A DNA stretch of 64,000 nucleotides, taken from positions 1,116,001 through 1,180,000 of the forward strand of contig OZ025780.1 of assembly GCA_964019425.1 (NCBI GenBank), given 5' to 3'. A program made the position numbers and the translations under genes. The DNA is from Flectonema sp. DT1601 (taxonomy: Eukaryota). The notes beneath the pieces were generated by a model. It ran no database searches, was not told where the DNA came from, and saw only the letters and a program-made list of their open reading frames with translations. This document shows positions 33,116 to 44,868 of this stretch, in pieces (within the stretch, counting starts at the first letter, position 1; every line of letters starts with the position of its first letter).

Positions 33116-33490
33116 TAGTTAGTTAGAATATGAGTTTATTATAAAAAAGAAAAATTATAAAAACACATTAGTTCTGCTGTTAGTTAGTTAGTATCATTAA
33201 TTTTAGAACAGAAAAGTGAGAATAAGAAAAGTATTCATTTCCACAGTTTCCTAACATCAAAGGGTAATAGAATATGTAGTTTCAGGAGCCTTAATCTTAT
33301 ACTACTTGTCCCATTTTAGGCCTTCATTCTGCTGTTAGTTAGTATCATTAATTTTAGAACAGAAAAGTGAGAATAAGAAAAGTAGAGATCAATAAAAGAA
33401 AAGTATTCATTTCCACAGTTTCCTAACATCAAAGGGTAATAGAATATGTAGTTTCAGGCCTTAATCTTATACTACTTGTCCCTTTTTAGT
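33116..33490 (-). mobile_element. Nested stack of three PLE 3'-end fragments (family A 33116-33181; family B 33182-33326 and 33337-33490)
   Basis: Reverse complement of the family A and B 3' tails, including partial ribozyme (GGGACAAGTAGTATAAGATTAAGG...TGAAACTAC) and (CTAA)n ends. TTCTGCTGTT is duplicated at 33172-33181 and 33327-33336. Confidence 0.9.
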
Positions 33491-35921
33491 TAATTAGTTA
33501 TATAATCCAACATAGCGATCTTATTTCTTTCTTTTCATAATAACAAGTGAGTAACGGTTTCAAAACAAATATGTGTGAGAGTAGCACCAAACAAAGTATC
33601 ATCGTGTGGGGGGTAAATTGATACGGACCGTATTATCAATTCACAAAGTGGGGGGTGGGGGGACAAAAACAATTAAAGAACAAGAAAACCTGAAAAATCT
33701 TTTTTTCCAACCGTTTTTTTGCGCATACATATAGAAAAAGAAAAAAACGGCAGCAGCTTTACCCGAGAAACAGGTCACGTTTCTTTTTCGAAGGACCTAT
33801 ACATCTCTTGGGTAGCTCGCGCATTTTCAACAGGTTGGAAAATTAAAGCAGCAGATAGTTTTATTTCAGGAGCTCATGAATTGTTAGTATTAGTTACCTC
33901 TGTATTAATCCCATGCAACAAAGAAGAGTCGAACAGCTCGAAGGGGTTCGAGTCACTTCTCAAAATGAGAGGGTCAACGCCGCATCACCCGAATTTTAAT
34001 GTCGCACAGATTTATCCCTAACATCACTTCTCAGAATGTTAGTTATGATAAGGTTCTCAAATAGAACTTTATTTATTTATTTATTTTGGTACGAATCGCG
34101 AAGAATGAGGTAAAGAAAAAGAAAAAAAGGTAACTTGATACTACAATAAGGGAGGTGATAGTTTGAGCATATTTATAATGATATTAACTATAATGTTAAT
34201 TAATGAAGACCGGGGAGGTGATAGTTTGACAAATGCAGAAACAGTAATAAACCTTATAATACTATTTATTTATTTATTTACGAAGCCTAGGAGCCAAAAC
34301 CAGGAAAAGCTCACAGGGCAACAGTTATATCGCTACCAGCAACTGTGAGACGCTCACAGACAATAAGAGACGTAGAATAACCTGGAACAAATGACTACCT
34401 AAACCCACCGCCCGCGCGAGCAGACAGTGTAAGAGACGGCTGATAACGCTACTAAAATAAGTAATAAGGTTAAACTGAAAAAATGACAGAAAATTAAGCT
34501 GCACTTTAGAATAGTAGACAATGTACTACAGTCGTACATAACTAAAATAGTATCCAGAAATCGTTGTTGAGTCCGGTAGTTTGGGGACCACGTACCACAA
34601 GTTGAGCGCCCCATGCTTTGCAGTTCGACAACGGGATGTGGATTTCTTTCTTTTCTTGTTTTCGGTATTCATATTTTTTTAAAAAAAACTAAGTTGAAGA
34701 CGGGGGATACGTTGATACTATGTTCGAGGTCTTACCGAAAATAAAACTAAAGAACGAACCGTTTCTAAGCTGTCAGAGGCAGCATAGGCGGGGTAATAGT
34801 TTGATAATATAAAAAAAGAAGAAGAAGTAGTGCAGTACAACAACATCGTTGTTACTACGAACATGGAAAGAGTATACTTTCTTTCTGCTTACGTACGATG
34901 ACCCAATTCATTCTACTGGAGGTGGGACTCGATTTGTAGTTTTTTCAATCAAATCAAGACAACGTACGCAAAACATTAATTACTAAAACAGCTGCTCTAG
35001 CGAATAAGAACAAATTACTATCTTAATAATAATATGTGCGAACCTGTTCTCATTATGTGAGAGGAAGAGTTGCACACGACAAGACACCAACAGTTTTCAA
35101 TATTGGAACATTATATTTGAAGCAGTAAAGGAAACAGTACGTGACACTCTGACAGTGCAGCTGATTGAAAACCACCACTTGCGCTGAAAGCGAACTTTTA
35201 CCGCTACCGAAGGGAACACCCTACAGAAGTCGAATAATGCAAAACATAAAACTAACTCGTGAGAGAGCTCCTTACACCGCCCTTACGGGAAGTACAAGAA
35301 AAACTCGGGAAAGATAATATCGCACTCGCCTGCCAGTGCGATAAGAATCCTTATCAAAAAAAAAATGAAAATAATTACTTTTTAAGGAATAGTGGTATAG
35401 TGGTATATAGGGAAACGAAATAGTATTAGAAGTGACAGTTTTTATATCTTCACATTATTATGTTCTTCTTTATAATTGAAGAACACAAAAAAAATATGCG
35501 AAGTGATTGCAAAGTCGAAGTGACTGTTTTGAAATAGCTGAGCGGGAGTGATAAAATAATAGTGACGGGTAATCAGATAAACTCATTGAAAATAAAAATA
35601 AAAAAGGAATCAGCACACAGTATTATTAAAGCTAATGAGCTTTGTCGTGTTTATGTAAGTAGACTTTGAATTTCGGAATAGATTTTTTTTTGTTTGCACA
35701 AAATTTGTTTTACAGAAGACAGAGAACATAACGTTGCTGCATTTCTTTTTTATCAAAAAAAAGAAGAAAAAGAACAAAAAAATAAAATAAAAAACACTGC
35801 TGCTACTCATGTTCAAAAGCTCTTCTGAAAAAACTAATTATATTGTCTCGGCCAACTCGTGCTGAGGAAATAAAAAAGTTTATCGACTGACCGTCATCAG
35901 TTGTTGATTGGGTTAAATAAG

Positions 35922-35952
<31 letters not shown>

Positions 35953-36416
35953 CATTTTGTAAAGGAAGTTTACATTAAATGTGAAGTATGAGATCGCACG
36001 GAATCCTCTCTACACTCTGAATTCTTAAAGAAAAATATCTCATTAAATATAAGTCGTACATAGGCATAGGTTTTCATGTATCAATCAATTCGTATTCAAA
36101 TTGAAATTCTTATATCCAACAAATAACAGTTTTCAAACATAACTCGGAAAGTGTGTGAGAGAATCACGAAAAAAAAAAAACAGATCAACGGCAAGATTGA
36201 AGTGCTGCCGTATTGCTGACTTTCACAGACTGAAGCTTACGCCTCAAGGCAGAAAGAAAAGCGAAAGAAAACAACGTAATTAAGAATCATAAACATCATA
36301 AACGCAAGACTGAATCAACATAAAAGAAAAGAAACAAACGTCAGAATTAACATAATAGATGGGTGCAGTCATTTGTTTCAAATGGTTACTGCAGTGAGCG
36401 GTTACAGTAATCAGAT

Positions 36417-38969
36417 TTATGTCATTTCACGTTCTACAATGTCTCCGACCAGTCTTGAGAACGGGATTCCCCTAATTGACATGATACTATTACTTAGTAA
36501 TAGTCCATTGGTACGCATTGCTGCCACAACTCTTTTGATAACGGAATCTGTTTCAGCCATTTTATCCAACACTGAGTAATCCCTGTCACTGAAAGCATCT
36601 TTATATAATTGACACCACTCAGTTGGAATCTCTCCATCATAGAAGTTCCAAACACCTGACACCTGACTGAAGGTGGAAAGGTTAAACTCAAAGATAGTAT
36701 CATTCTTATTGCCCCAAGTGGTTGATTTGTCTGCCCAGATTTCTACTGGGCGAGTGTGCATTTGCATGGTGGTGTCAGTAGCTGCGCAGGAATCGCCCGT
36801 CAGTAAACAGAACGTATTAATCGAAGCAGCACCTTCCGCAAGTGTTTTACTCTTTTCAACTGGCGAACCAATAACTGTAAAGAATCTTTGTTTTGTTGTT
36901 CCTAAACTTCCATGAAGAATTCGATCTGATGCGAGTCCGATAGTTGTGTTTTCTTCCCAAGAGGATCCATTAATTGACCGATAAACATTTGATACAAACT
37001 TAGCTGATTGAGCAACATGTGCTGGGCATTGTTTACCAGCATTCCAAACAGCTACAAGTGTGCTGCTGCAAATGGAGCTGATTTGCCCTTCGGTCCGCTC
37101 AACCGCTTCAATTACTGCTGTTGTTATCTCACTTGCACTATCTACTACTGAGGCGCAAGAACGGAGAAGATCAAAATTGATACTGACGGTAGCTACTGTA
37201 GCTGTGATGACAGTCAGTTTATTTTTCATTATTCCCCTATTAGGTGCAGCCATGCTTCGTACAGATCCATTCCCGTCTGACCCTCCCCCGAGGGAATCAC
37301 GGTGCTGCCGACTTCCGTCCTTCCTCCTCGCGCGTATCGTTCGGAGGACTTCCGACCGCCGCTTCTGAAGAGAACTCGGGAGGATGATTTGTAACGATAC
37401 CTCACCGACACCTTTCAATTCAGCTTTGCCGATATTATGACGACTAGGATTTCCCAAGTCAGTCCATTGGATTGTTGTCATCGTCGCTGCAACATCGTCA
37501 GCGATTGCAATGCCACCTCCAGCTGATGCAGACTCAATTCGAGAAGCCTTGTTAATAGTTGGTCCCATGTAGTCAGTTCTACCAGTTGTTGGGTTTACTT
37601 CTAATTTAGTAGTCCCGCTGTGAATTCCCATTCGAACTCGCAATCCCCTCCACCCAACAGCTGAGTTCTCTTTGCACAGTGGGTGTGCCATAATTCCTAC
37701 TGGCCAAGTAATTGCGTACAATTTTTCTTGAGCCATAAGACAAAATTTTATTCCCTCCGCAACTGTGTCGAATGCGACCATGAAAGCATCCCCGATAGTC
37801 TTTACTTCGTAACCATTAGTCTGTTGAATGCATTCTCTCATAACATTATTGTGAAGGTCCATTGCTTCTCTCATTGCGGAAGTACATTTCTCCCAAATAT
37901 CAGTCGATGATTGAATGTCAGTGAATACCATCGTTACAGTATCGGTATCAAGACCTGGTGGGCGGCTTCTGAAATGGATGGGACGCAGGGTTTCTACGGT
38001 CTTTGGCATCATTTCAGTGCCGGAATCACAAGAGCGAAAGGCGTCGTCATCAGTAAATATCGCATCAGGTAAGTATGGTCGGTACATTCGAAGGTTGTTG
38101 AGAAGGCCTCGAAATGCAACTCGTAAATCGTCTTCACCATCTCCGACTAAAAGATTTGCAGTTTCGAGATCGAAACGGACAAGCGCTGCTGCGACATCTT
38201 TGGCCATATCAGCTGAAGCCTGAGCGTTTGCTTTCTGAGCCTGAGTATCCATGGCGAACTTCCGAGTTAGAAAGAAGTCAAGTGCAATGGCAGCAATTCG
38301 AATAGACATAACAAAACCAAACCAACCCGTCCCTCTCGAATTCGTAGGAGTCTCAGTACTCCAGTCCTTTGGAATAGAATCATAGACTCCCAGTCCAATC
38401 CCTTCTTCAGCAGACTTAAATGCCAAGTAAATCAAAACAATTATAGCATTGATGTTAATTGTTTTCTTTCTGCAACCTGCCAACAGTAACAGGTCAGTGA
38501 TTACGATAATTGCAACCCATTGATCTTTGAGACCGAAATCGAAAAAGTCAGCTGCAAAGCAAAACAAGTATCCAAATATTAAAATTGTTGCTTCTGCAAG
38601 CCAGTAGGGTAGTCTCTTTGTGACAAGCATGTAAATGAATGTGAATACGACAATCAATGTTCGGCAGACAGTGCTCACTGCTATTGCGTGATCACCGTTG
38701 TTATAATTTAGAAAAGCGAACATTGGCTGTGTTATAATCATCATTATCGATGTAGGAAATATTAACCACTTTCTCATTTTCTCGTTATCATCATCTTCCT
38801 TTCTTAGTACTTTTTCCATAATCTTTCCGAAAAGAGTTTCCACCAGTTTATCGAAACATGAAGGCTCTTCTTCATTGCCTGAGAGGGCAGCTTCACTTGC
38901 AGCCATCTTCTCAGCGCTTTCCATATCAATACTCGACATGTTCATAATGTAACTGTCACGGCGATTCAT
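36417..38969 (-). CDS. Multi-pass membrane class III adenylate cyclase with a degenerate second cyclase domain
   Basis: About 5-6 TM helices, then FTDIQSST, YEVKTIGDAFM, RVRMGIH and DYMGPTINKASRIES (K/D pair typical of ATP specificity). The C-terminal cyclase-like half lacks the catalytic Asp residues. Confidence 0.9.
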   Translation of the reverse strand: MNRRDSYIMNMSSIDMESAEKMAASEAALSGNEEEPSCFDKLVETLFGKIMEKVLRKEDDDNEKMRKWLIFPTSIMMIITQPMFAFLNYNNGDHAIAVSTVCRTLIVVFTFIYMLVTKRLPYWLAEATILIFGYLFCFAADFFDFGLKDQWVAIIVITDLLLLAGCRKKTININAIIVLIYLAFKSAEEGIGLGVYDSIPKDWSTETPTNSRGTGWFGFVMSIRIAAIALDFFLTRKFAMDTQAQKANAQASADMAKDVAAALVRFDLETANLLVGDGEDDLRVAFRGLLNNLRMYRPYLPDAIFTDDDAFRSCDSGTEMMPKTVETLRPIHFRSRPPGLDTDTVTMVFTDIQSSTDIWEKCTSAMREAMDLHNNVMRECIQQTNGYEVKTIGDAFMVAFDTVAEGIKFCLMAQEKLYAITWPVGIMAHPLCKENSAVGWRGLRVRMGIHSGTTKLEVNPTTGRTDYMGPTINKASRIESASAGGGIAIADDVAATMTTIQWTDLGNPSRHNIGKAELKGVGEVSLQIILPSSLQKRRSEVLRTIRARRKDGSRQHRDSLGGGSDGNGSVRSMAAPNRGIMKNKLTVITATVATVSINFDLLRSCASVVDSASEITTAVIEAVERTEGQISSICSSTLVAVWNAGKQCPAHVAQSAKFVSNVYRSINGSSWEENTTIGLASDRILHGSLGTTKQRFFTVIGSPVEKSKTLAEGAASINTFCLLTGDSCAATDTTMQMHTRPVEIWADKSTTWGNKNDTIFEFNLSTFSQVSGVWNFYDGEIPTEWCQLYKDAFSDRDYSVLDKMAETDSVIKRVVAAMRTNGLLLSNSIMSIRGIPFSRLVGDIVEREMT

Positions 38970-39884
38970 TTTAAGTATCTGGTGGTTAGAATGGAAATGA
39001 TATTTAAGTAATAAAATAATAACATCAATTAATTGCCACCTTACTTTGGGGAAAAGGGAGGTTACCAAAGTTGAGCACTTACCAAATAGCCGATAAAGGG
39101 GGAACAAAATACTAAGCGCTTCAGGCTTCTTTTCCGGCACCCGAGTGCCATGTTGCACAACGTACTTTATTTTGTTTGTGCATAATATACATAATATACA
39201 AAATACGAATAAAGGAATAGGTTAAGTTTCGTCACAATTCCCTTTCTACTGAAATAAAAAAAATGATGTAAAAGTGATGTCAATCACAAACACGATAACA
39301 ATGAGAGATTACAAACAACGAAAGCAGATGCCGATTGTTACGCAACATCTGCTCTGTGTAAATAGATGGAAAGAAGAAGCTAAAAAGCCTTTCAAAAATG
39401 TGTTGATAGGATGAGTTATTCCTTCAAGGAAAGGGGGACGAACTATTAGGAAAATATTATGCAATCTCATTGGAAACTATTAGAGATGAAATAGCTACTT
39501 ATTAAACTGCATCTATTTTACTTCAATGTGTTGTTTTATTTTATAATAAATATTGTCGAGATAGATAGATCCATTTCCTCTTCAGTCGTGCATTAGGTTA
39601 TAATAGTGGCCTGGAGTGTGTTGCCTCTTTACAGGACATGTTATCGAAGAAAAAAACATAAATCCAGGCGGATGATGACATCACACAAGAAGGTCAAAGA
39701 CATATACAGAACAGCAATGAGAGATGCGGATTAAAAAATAACAAGGGGAGCAGATACGAAACACTTGCTCTGTGTAAATAGATTTCAGTGGATGGGTTAA
39801 ACTAATACAACAATGTCATACAAACTCATCGGGAACTCACGCAAGCATCTCATAGCACAGAAAGATAACATAAATATGATGAAT

Positions 39885-42425
39885 TCAATTACTCAGATCA
39901 ACTGCCTCAAAGACTCTCTGTTTACAAGCTTGACGCCAGTGACTGTAAACATTATCGCCAGTGAACGCATCGAGCTTGTTCAGGAGCTCATTGGCTTTAT
40001 TAAAGTTGCGGGACACAATTTTGTGAACAAACTCATTCCACTTCGCGAACTTACTTTCCGCCTCCAGTTGATACATCCATTCCTCTTCCGAAATCTTTCG
40101 CAACGCCTTCGCTTCGAATACCAGTTGCGACCGCTCAAATAACTTTCGAAACAACACTAACACCGCAGCACGAGAATCTGCAACCATGTTGGAATGCTCA
40201 GCACACGCGTTGTCAATCAACCCATCGTAGCCCTCTGCAGTGCACAGCTTCTCCAGCGAAGAAGCAAGCGGAACAACCGCAGATAAGATTGAAAATTTCT
40301 TCATCCCAACAATCCCAATGTTCCCCACCTTCGAGTCTCCAGAAGCCACCCCAAACGACAACTGCAACTTCGATGCCGCCTTCGCCATCAGACCAGCCTT
40401 TACCGCACTGCCCTGGTGCCCGTTGTTGTTGCGATTCGCATTGAAGTACGCCATCAACCTGTCCCCAGTAAACGCATCACACACTCCCCTGTTGCTGCTC
40501 ACCGCCGCAGTCAGGCATTCGATGAGGGAACAGTGCAGTTCGATTGTCGCTGTGGGACATTCCTTTCGGTTGTGCCAACCAATACTGTTGAACATAATTA
40601 TAGTCACACACTTCTTCTTCAATCTCATTTCCATAGCCTGCTGGTGAGCTACTTGTTGAGGCGTAGATCTTGACAAACTGCTGACCGTCGTATCTTCACT
40701 GCTTTGGTGATTCGTGTCGCTGTCTTCCGACTGCAACAGCACACTCTGCGGCATGTAATTCTTGTACTCAATCAGGTTCCGCACCATCTGCCTGAATGAA
40801 TTCTGCATCTCCTTTACTTCACTCAAACTGCTCAGAGGTACTGTCAGGTTTACGTCGTCTGTTGCCATCACGGCAACGGCCGCCATGTCATCCCTCAATA
40901 CGATCAACGGTGAGATTATTATATTCGTAAACACAACTGACAACGCCAACAGTATCACCACACACCCAGCAGTCACAACGTACATGATCATATAATTATG
41001 TGCACGTTTGTCATCCGTATCCTTTTTGTCCTTCTCAATGTTGATGTTAATCATATCTGCTGCCGTATCCATCACTGACATTACACTCTCTCGAGGAACC
41101 AACAGCACAATGTACCAGTGAACATTCGAAATTTTCACAGAAGTAACTCGAACCCAATAGAGAATAGATGTGCTGGTATCTGTCCAATTGAGAACTATCT
41201 CGGGAGCTAAGTTATCAGCGTAGTCGTAGTACGCACCGCCAGTACCGTCCTCTGACATTTCGAACATGTATCTACCGTGCCTTGCTATGGGTGAAATCTC
41301 TCCCGCGATCTCACCGTCTGTGGTGTGGTCTACGATGGGAAACGGCGCTGCACGAACAATATTTCTGCCATCCTTCAGTCTTCTTCTGAAAACATAATAT
41401 GGCATTCCCACATTACAACCTGCCACAATATTCACAACTTTGGTAAAAGGATTTCTCTCAACTGCATATAAAATAGAATCACTAGGAAGTGATACTTCTT
41501 TCATTACGTTACTAATGCTACTCGTCGAGGTGGATGAAGTTATCATTCCAACCCGCTTGTCTTGTTTGGGGAAAAAATTTTGCTGTTCGGGATGTACTAC
41601 CGAAGTGCAGACCTGCACTTCTACGTGTGTACCTCCAGAAACAAGCTCAGAATAGTAAGTGGGACCAGGTTCGTATAAAGCAGTTTTAGGATTAGAACTT
41701 TGCATATTGTAGAAACATGGATTTACTAGTTGATGTGCATTTGCCTTCCTCAAAAGAAGATAGTTTGCAAAGCATTTTCCATTTAAATGACAAGGTTTAG
41801 GTATTAAGCGACCCGTATCAATAAAGACCTCTCCGTGATAATACATTGGTTGATAATTAATATAACCATTAGGAAAGGTTTGACGAGATTCAGCTGTATA
41901 ATAAATATAGGAACCGTTTTCATAATTACCTGTGACGGAATACAATATCTCACCTCCCCAAGCACCACCGAAAGCTTCACGAAATGTCTTGCCATTGGGA
42001 GTCGTGTTGAGTGCGACGAATCCAAGAGAGTGTGGGCCATACAGTTCAACAGATTGTTTGTATTTTGAGAATAACACATTCCTGAGAACGGTATCGATAA
42101 AAACAGGATTTGATACCTCATCCGGGTGATAGAGTTTTAAAAACGACGCCACACCCTGCGACAACATAGTCGGAACTCCTAATATTCCGAGCATCTTCGT
42201 CTTCAAGTCTATCAGAATTGAGAGCAGTAATCGAGCAGTCACCTCCTTCACATTCACACTACTACTTTTCATGCACTGCGAGATACCGCGGTCTCCTGTC
42301 TCTCGGGCAGCATCAGTTGCCGTGTTCCCTGTCGAGATTGAGATCCCCCCCAGAATCAGACTCGTTGCAAATATCATCGACACCGCCAGTGCCAAGATCA
42401 GTGATTGAATACCAAGCTCAGCCAT
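39885..42425 (-). CDS. Receptor-like protein: TM, extracellular sensor domain, TM, HAMP-like linker, degenerate class III cyclase domain
   Basis: Two TM helices, HAMP-like IISPLIVL...SSLSEVKEMQNSF, EYKNYMPQSVL linker and FTGDRLMAYFN. First metal-binding Asp absent (IMFN). Confidence 0.8.
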   Translation of the reverse strand: MAELGIQSLILALAVSMIFATSLILGGISISTGNTATDAARETGDRGISQCMKSSSVNVKEVTARLLLSILIDLKTKMLGILGVPTMLSQGVASFLKLYHPDEVSNPVFIDTVLRNVLFSKYKQSVELYGPHSLGFVALNTTPNGKTFREAFGGAWGGEILYSVTGNYENGSYIYYTAESRQTFPNGYINYQPMYYHGEVFIDTGRLIPKPCHLNGKCFANYLLLRKANAHQLVNPCFYNMQSSNPKTALYEPGPTYYSELVSGGTHVEVQVCTSVVHPEQQNFFPKQDKRVGMITSSTSTSSISNVMKEVSLPSDSILYAVERNPFTKVVNIVAGCNVGMPYYVFRRRLKDGRNIVRAAPFPIVDHTTDGEIAGEISPIARHGRYMFEMSEDGTGGAYYDYADNLAPEIVLNWTDTSTSILYWVRVTSVKISNVHWYIVLLVPRESVMSVMDTAADMININIEKDKKDTDDKRAHNYMIMYVVTAGCVVILLALSVVFTNIIISPLIVLRDDMAAVAVMATDDVNLTVPLSSLSEVKEMQNSFRQMVRNLIEYKNYMPQSVLLQSEDSDTNHQSSEDTTVSSLSRSTPQQVAHQQAMEMRLKKKCVTIIMFNSIGWHNRKECPTATIELHCSLIECLTAAVSSNRGVCDAFTGDRLMAYFNANRNNNGHQGSAVKAGLMAKAASKLQLSFGVASGDSKVGNIGIVGMKKFSILSAVVPLASSLEKLCTAEGYDGLIDNACAEHSNMVADSRAAVLVLFRKLFERSQLVFEAKALRKISEEEWMYQLEAESKFAKWNEFVHKIVSRNFNKANELLNKLDAFTGDNVYSHWRQACKQRVFEAVDLSN

Positions 42426-42674
42426 CGTGTTATCCTAACAATTCTGGTGAAGTAATTTATGATGCCTCACTCTATTTATAATGTCAAATTAAGTGCACCA
42501 TACTCACCTGCGAGAAGGAGTTGATATTAAAGTAGTAAATGAAAACTGTCAATTAATAAAACAACGTAGTCGGTAGCAAGTTTCTTGCTTAGTTTGACTC
42601 AAATCCCGGCTTTGAGATAATAAAACTAAGCAAGATAATATACACTACTAAAAGGTAAGTTATTCCTGCTAAAA

Positions 42675-44534
42675 CTAAATGTTGTAAGGATCAGCTTTTG
42701 TTTGATATCCCTCTTCAATCTTAGTTAGTTTCTCTTTAACTTGTGCCATCAGATCACCTTCCGACAACGGAGAAAATTCCTCTTCAAAGTCTAACCAGGA
42801 GAAGCCGAGTAAAGAATTCACATTCAACGTTTGCAGAGACATGATTGTTCGCATGCCGCAGGTTTCGAAATCATCAGGACCAAGTATAGTTAAAAACAGT
42901 GGATATAAGAAAGCAGCGAGTGTGATAATTAAATAAGTAGCAGGACCACCCATATCTTGAACAGAGTTAACAGTATTATAAAGTGCTTGACTAATATTAG
43001 AGCGATGAATAATGATATCCGTATTTACAAACTGACACCAATTAAGCAAGTAGCGACAAACTGCTACAAGGCCTTCATAAGGAAGTTGTTTGCTCAGAGT
43101 TTTACTTTGAAGTAAGACAGCTTCGCAAACAGCAGCAAGAGTCCAATGCTTTGGACCCAACGAGCGAGCTGCGAACAATAAAACAGCGATAAAATGTATT
43201 CCATCAAACTGATCAGCATGATCACAACAAGTTGCAACTAATCGACAAATCCAGGATTCTTTAATAACATCAACAGAGGGTTCGTTGTTGTTGTTTTCTT
43301 GAAATGTTTGTTTGCATAATTTACAGGTCCACAGGCACTCCAGATGCGGCTTTCCACAGATCTTCGCCTTCGGTGCTACAAATCCACAGCAGGATGAATC
43401 CGGGCAGGAAATCAACCTCGATTTGTCTTCAGATGAACAAACTACACACTTGCACTCAAACCGTTTCTGTGGCGCCAACTCCTGCCTTCGTATTACTGCA
43501 GAGTATGAATGTGTGTAAGCAACAGTCAATTCTTCTCCAGGAACAATATCGCGAATGGCTCTGAAGATAGCGAATGAACGACCTTCTCTAATATCATATC
43601 TAACATTAGGTCCACAACTGTGATTGAGTAGACTACCAAATTGAAAGATACCTCTGTGAGTATGATCTTCTTCATTAGAAAAGTCCCAGGCGTTCACTTC
43701 AAGCACTTCATTTAGACGATCGTAAAACTCACGCGGAGGAGCGCTGGAACTTTCGTCAGCTGTGGAATGTGTCCTTCCATGAGACTGAAGGAATCCAACC
43801 CACTTGAAGTTCTCTTCATTCTGACAGAGAGCAACACCCAATTCATCTTCACTTCCCTGAATCCATTTTTCCATTGGCTCCTCTGTCCAGAGGAGTGTTC
43901 CTCTCGGGATTGTTGTTGCGCTATTGTTGACTAACCCTCTTCCTTTACCTTCAATACTGATGATGGAAATTTTATATTCCGTTTCGAAATTTACTTTTTC
44001 CAAATTAGGAGGATCGATCACTAAAGAGTCGATACCTCCTTCAATAACAAAAGTCTTCTTATCAATTAATATTGAACGACCAGGAGGGGGACTTGGTTTG
44101 TCCTTTACAGAGTTGTTCTTTGTTGCCTCAGCTTCCAGCAGATACAAAAGTGCTCTTCTCTCGGTCGGTGGAACCATTCGCCTCTCCTCGGGGAGTAAGA
44201 ACGAAGCTTCCCTTTCGTTAAATGAAACATCACCGATGCGAAGAGACATAATAATTGAGGTGTCAGTTTGAGGCTCTAATCGCATTGCCATGACTCTGTT
44301 CTTGCCGTGTATTATTATAATCATTTCTTTTTTATAAAAAACACATTCACTTACAGTAAAGACACCCATGAAGTCACGAAGTGATTTCTCACCTGCGCAG
44401 CAACAAACTCTCTTGCTGGTAACGACAAGTTCACATCTCTCAGTGTGCAATCCCTTCCTTGATATCAGAGTTCCATAAATATCTGAAGTGGTAATGTTTT
44501 CTTCATTTTCTAACCAGGTTACCTTGTTAGGCAT
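42675..44534 (-). CDS. SET-domain (SMYD-like) lysine methyltransferase
   Basis: GKGRGLV, LLNHSCGPN, GEELTVAY and post-SET CKCVVC. Confidence 0.9.
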   Translation of the reverse strand: MPNKVTWLENEENITTSDIYGTLISRKGLHTERCELVVTSKRVCCCAGEKSLRDFMGVFTVSECVFYKKEMIIIIHGKNRVMAMRLEPQTDTSIIMSLRIGDVSFNEREASFLLPEERRMVPPTERRALLYLLEAEATKNNSVKDKPSPPPGRSILIDKKTFVIEGGIDSLVIDPPNLEKVNFETEYKISIISIEGKGRGLVNNSATTIPRGTLLWTEEPMEKWIQGSEDELGVALCQNEENFKWVGFLQSHGRTHSTADESSSAPPREFYDRLNEVLEVNAWDFSNEEDHTHRGIFQFGSLLNHSCGPNVRYDIREGRSFAIFRAIRDIVPGEELTVAYTHSYSAVIRRQELAPQKRFECKCVVCSSEDKSRLISCPDSSCCGFVAPKAKICGKPHLECLWTCKLCKQTFQENNNNEPSVDVIKESWICRLVATCCDHADQFDGIHFIAVLLFAARSLGPKHWTLAAVCEAVLLQSKTLSKQLPYEGLVAVCRYLLNWCQFVNTDIIIHRSNISQALYNTVNSVQDMGGPATYLIITLAAFLYPLFLTILGPDDFETCGMRTIMSLQTLNVNSLLGFSWLDFEEEFSPLSEGDLMAQVKEKLTKIEEGYQTKADPYNI

Positions 44535-44868
44535 TTGTTGTAGGTTTGTCTGTTAGAGTAATTGTAATGCCACCCCACTGTTAACTCAAGTCAGTGTGCA
44601 ACACACTATGTATTTTCAACTATAACCCACCACGTCCACATTATTGCTCTCCTGTAGTATATAATTTATTAAATAGCATCTGTACCACTTTAAAGAATAG
44701 TTTATTCATTCCTACTGAAGTACAGAATAGCAGGGTAGTTGAATTTCGACGAGGGGATAGAACTCGCTTGAAAAAAAGCGGGAGTTACGCTAAGGAGGAT
44801 AGAGAACTCAGCGCCTGGTATCAGGATTTCATAAAGTAACATTTTAAAGGTTTGCTCAACTTCTAACA

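Noticed and set aside
39296..39783. Two similar segments (CAATGAGAGAT...GCAGAT...TGCTCTGTGTAAATAGAT) between the cyclase genes
   Set aside because: Short and degenerate. Most simply an old local duplication with no supportable function.
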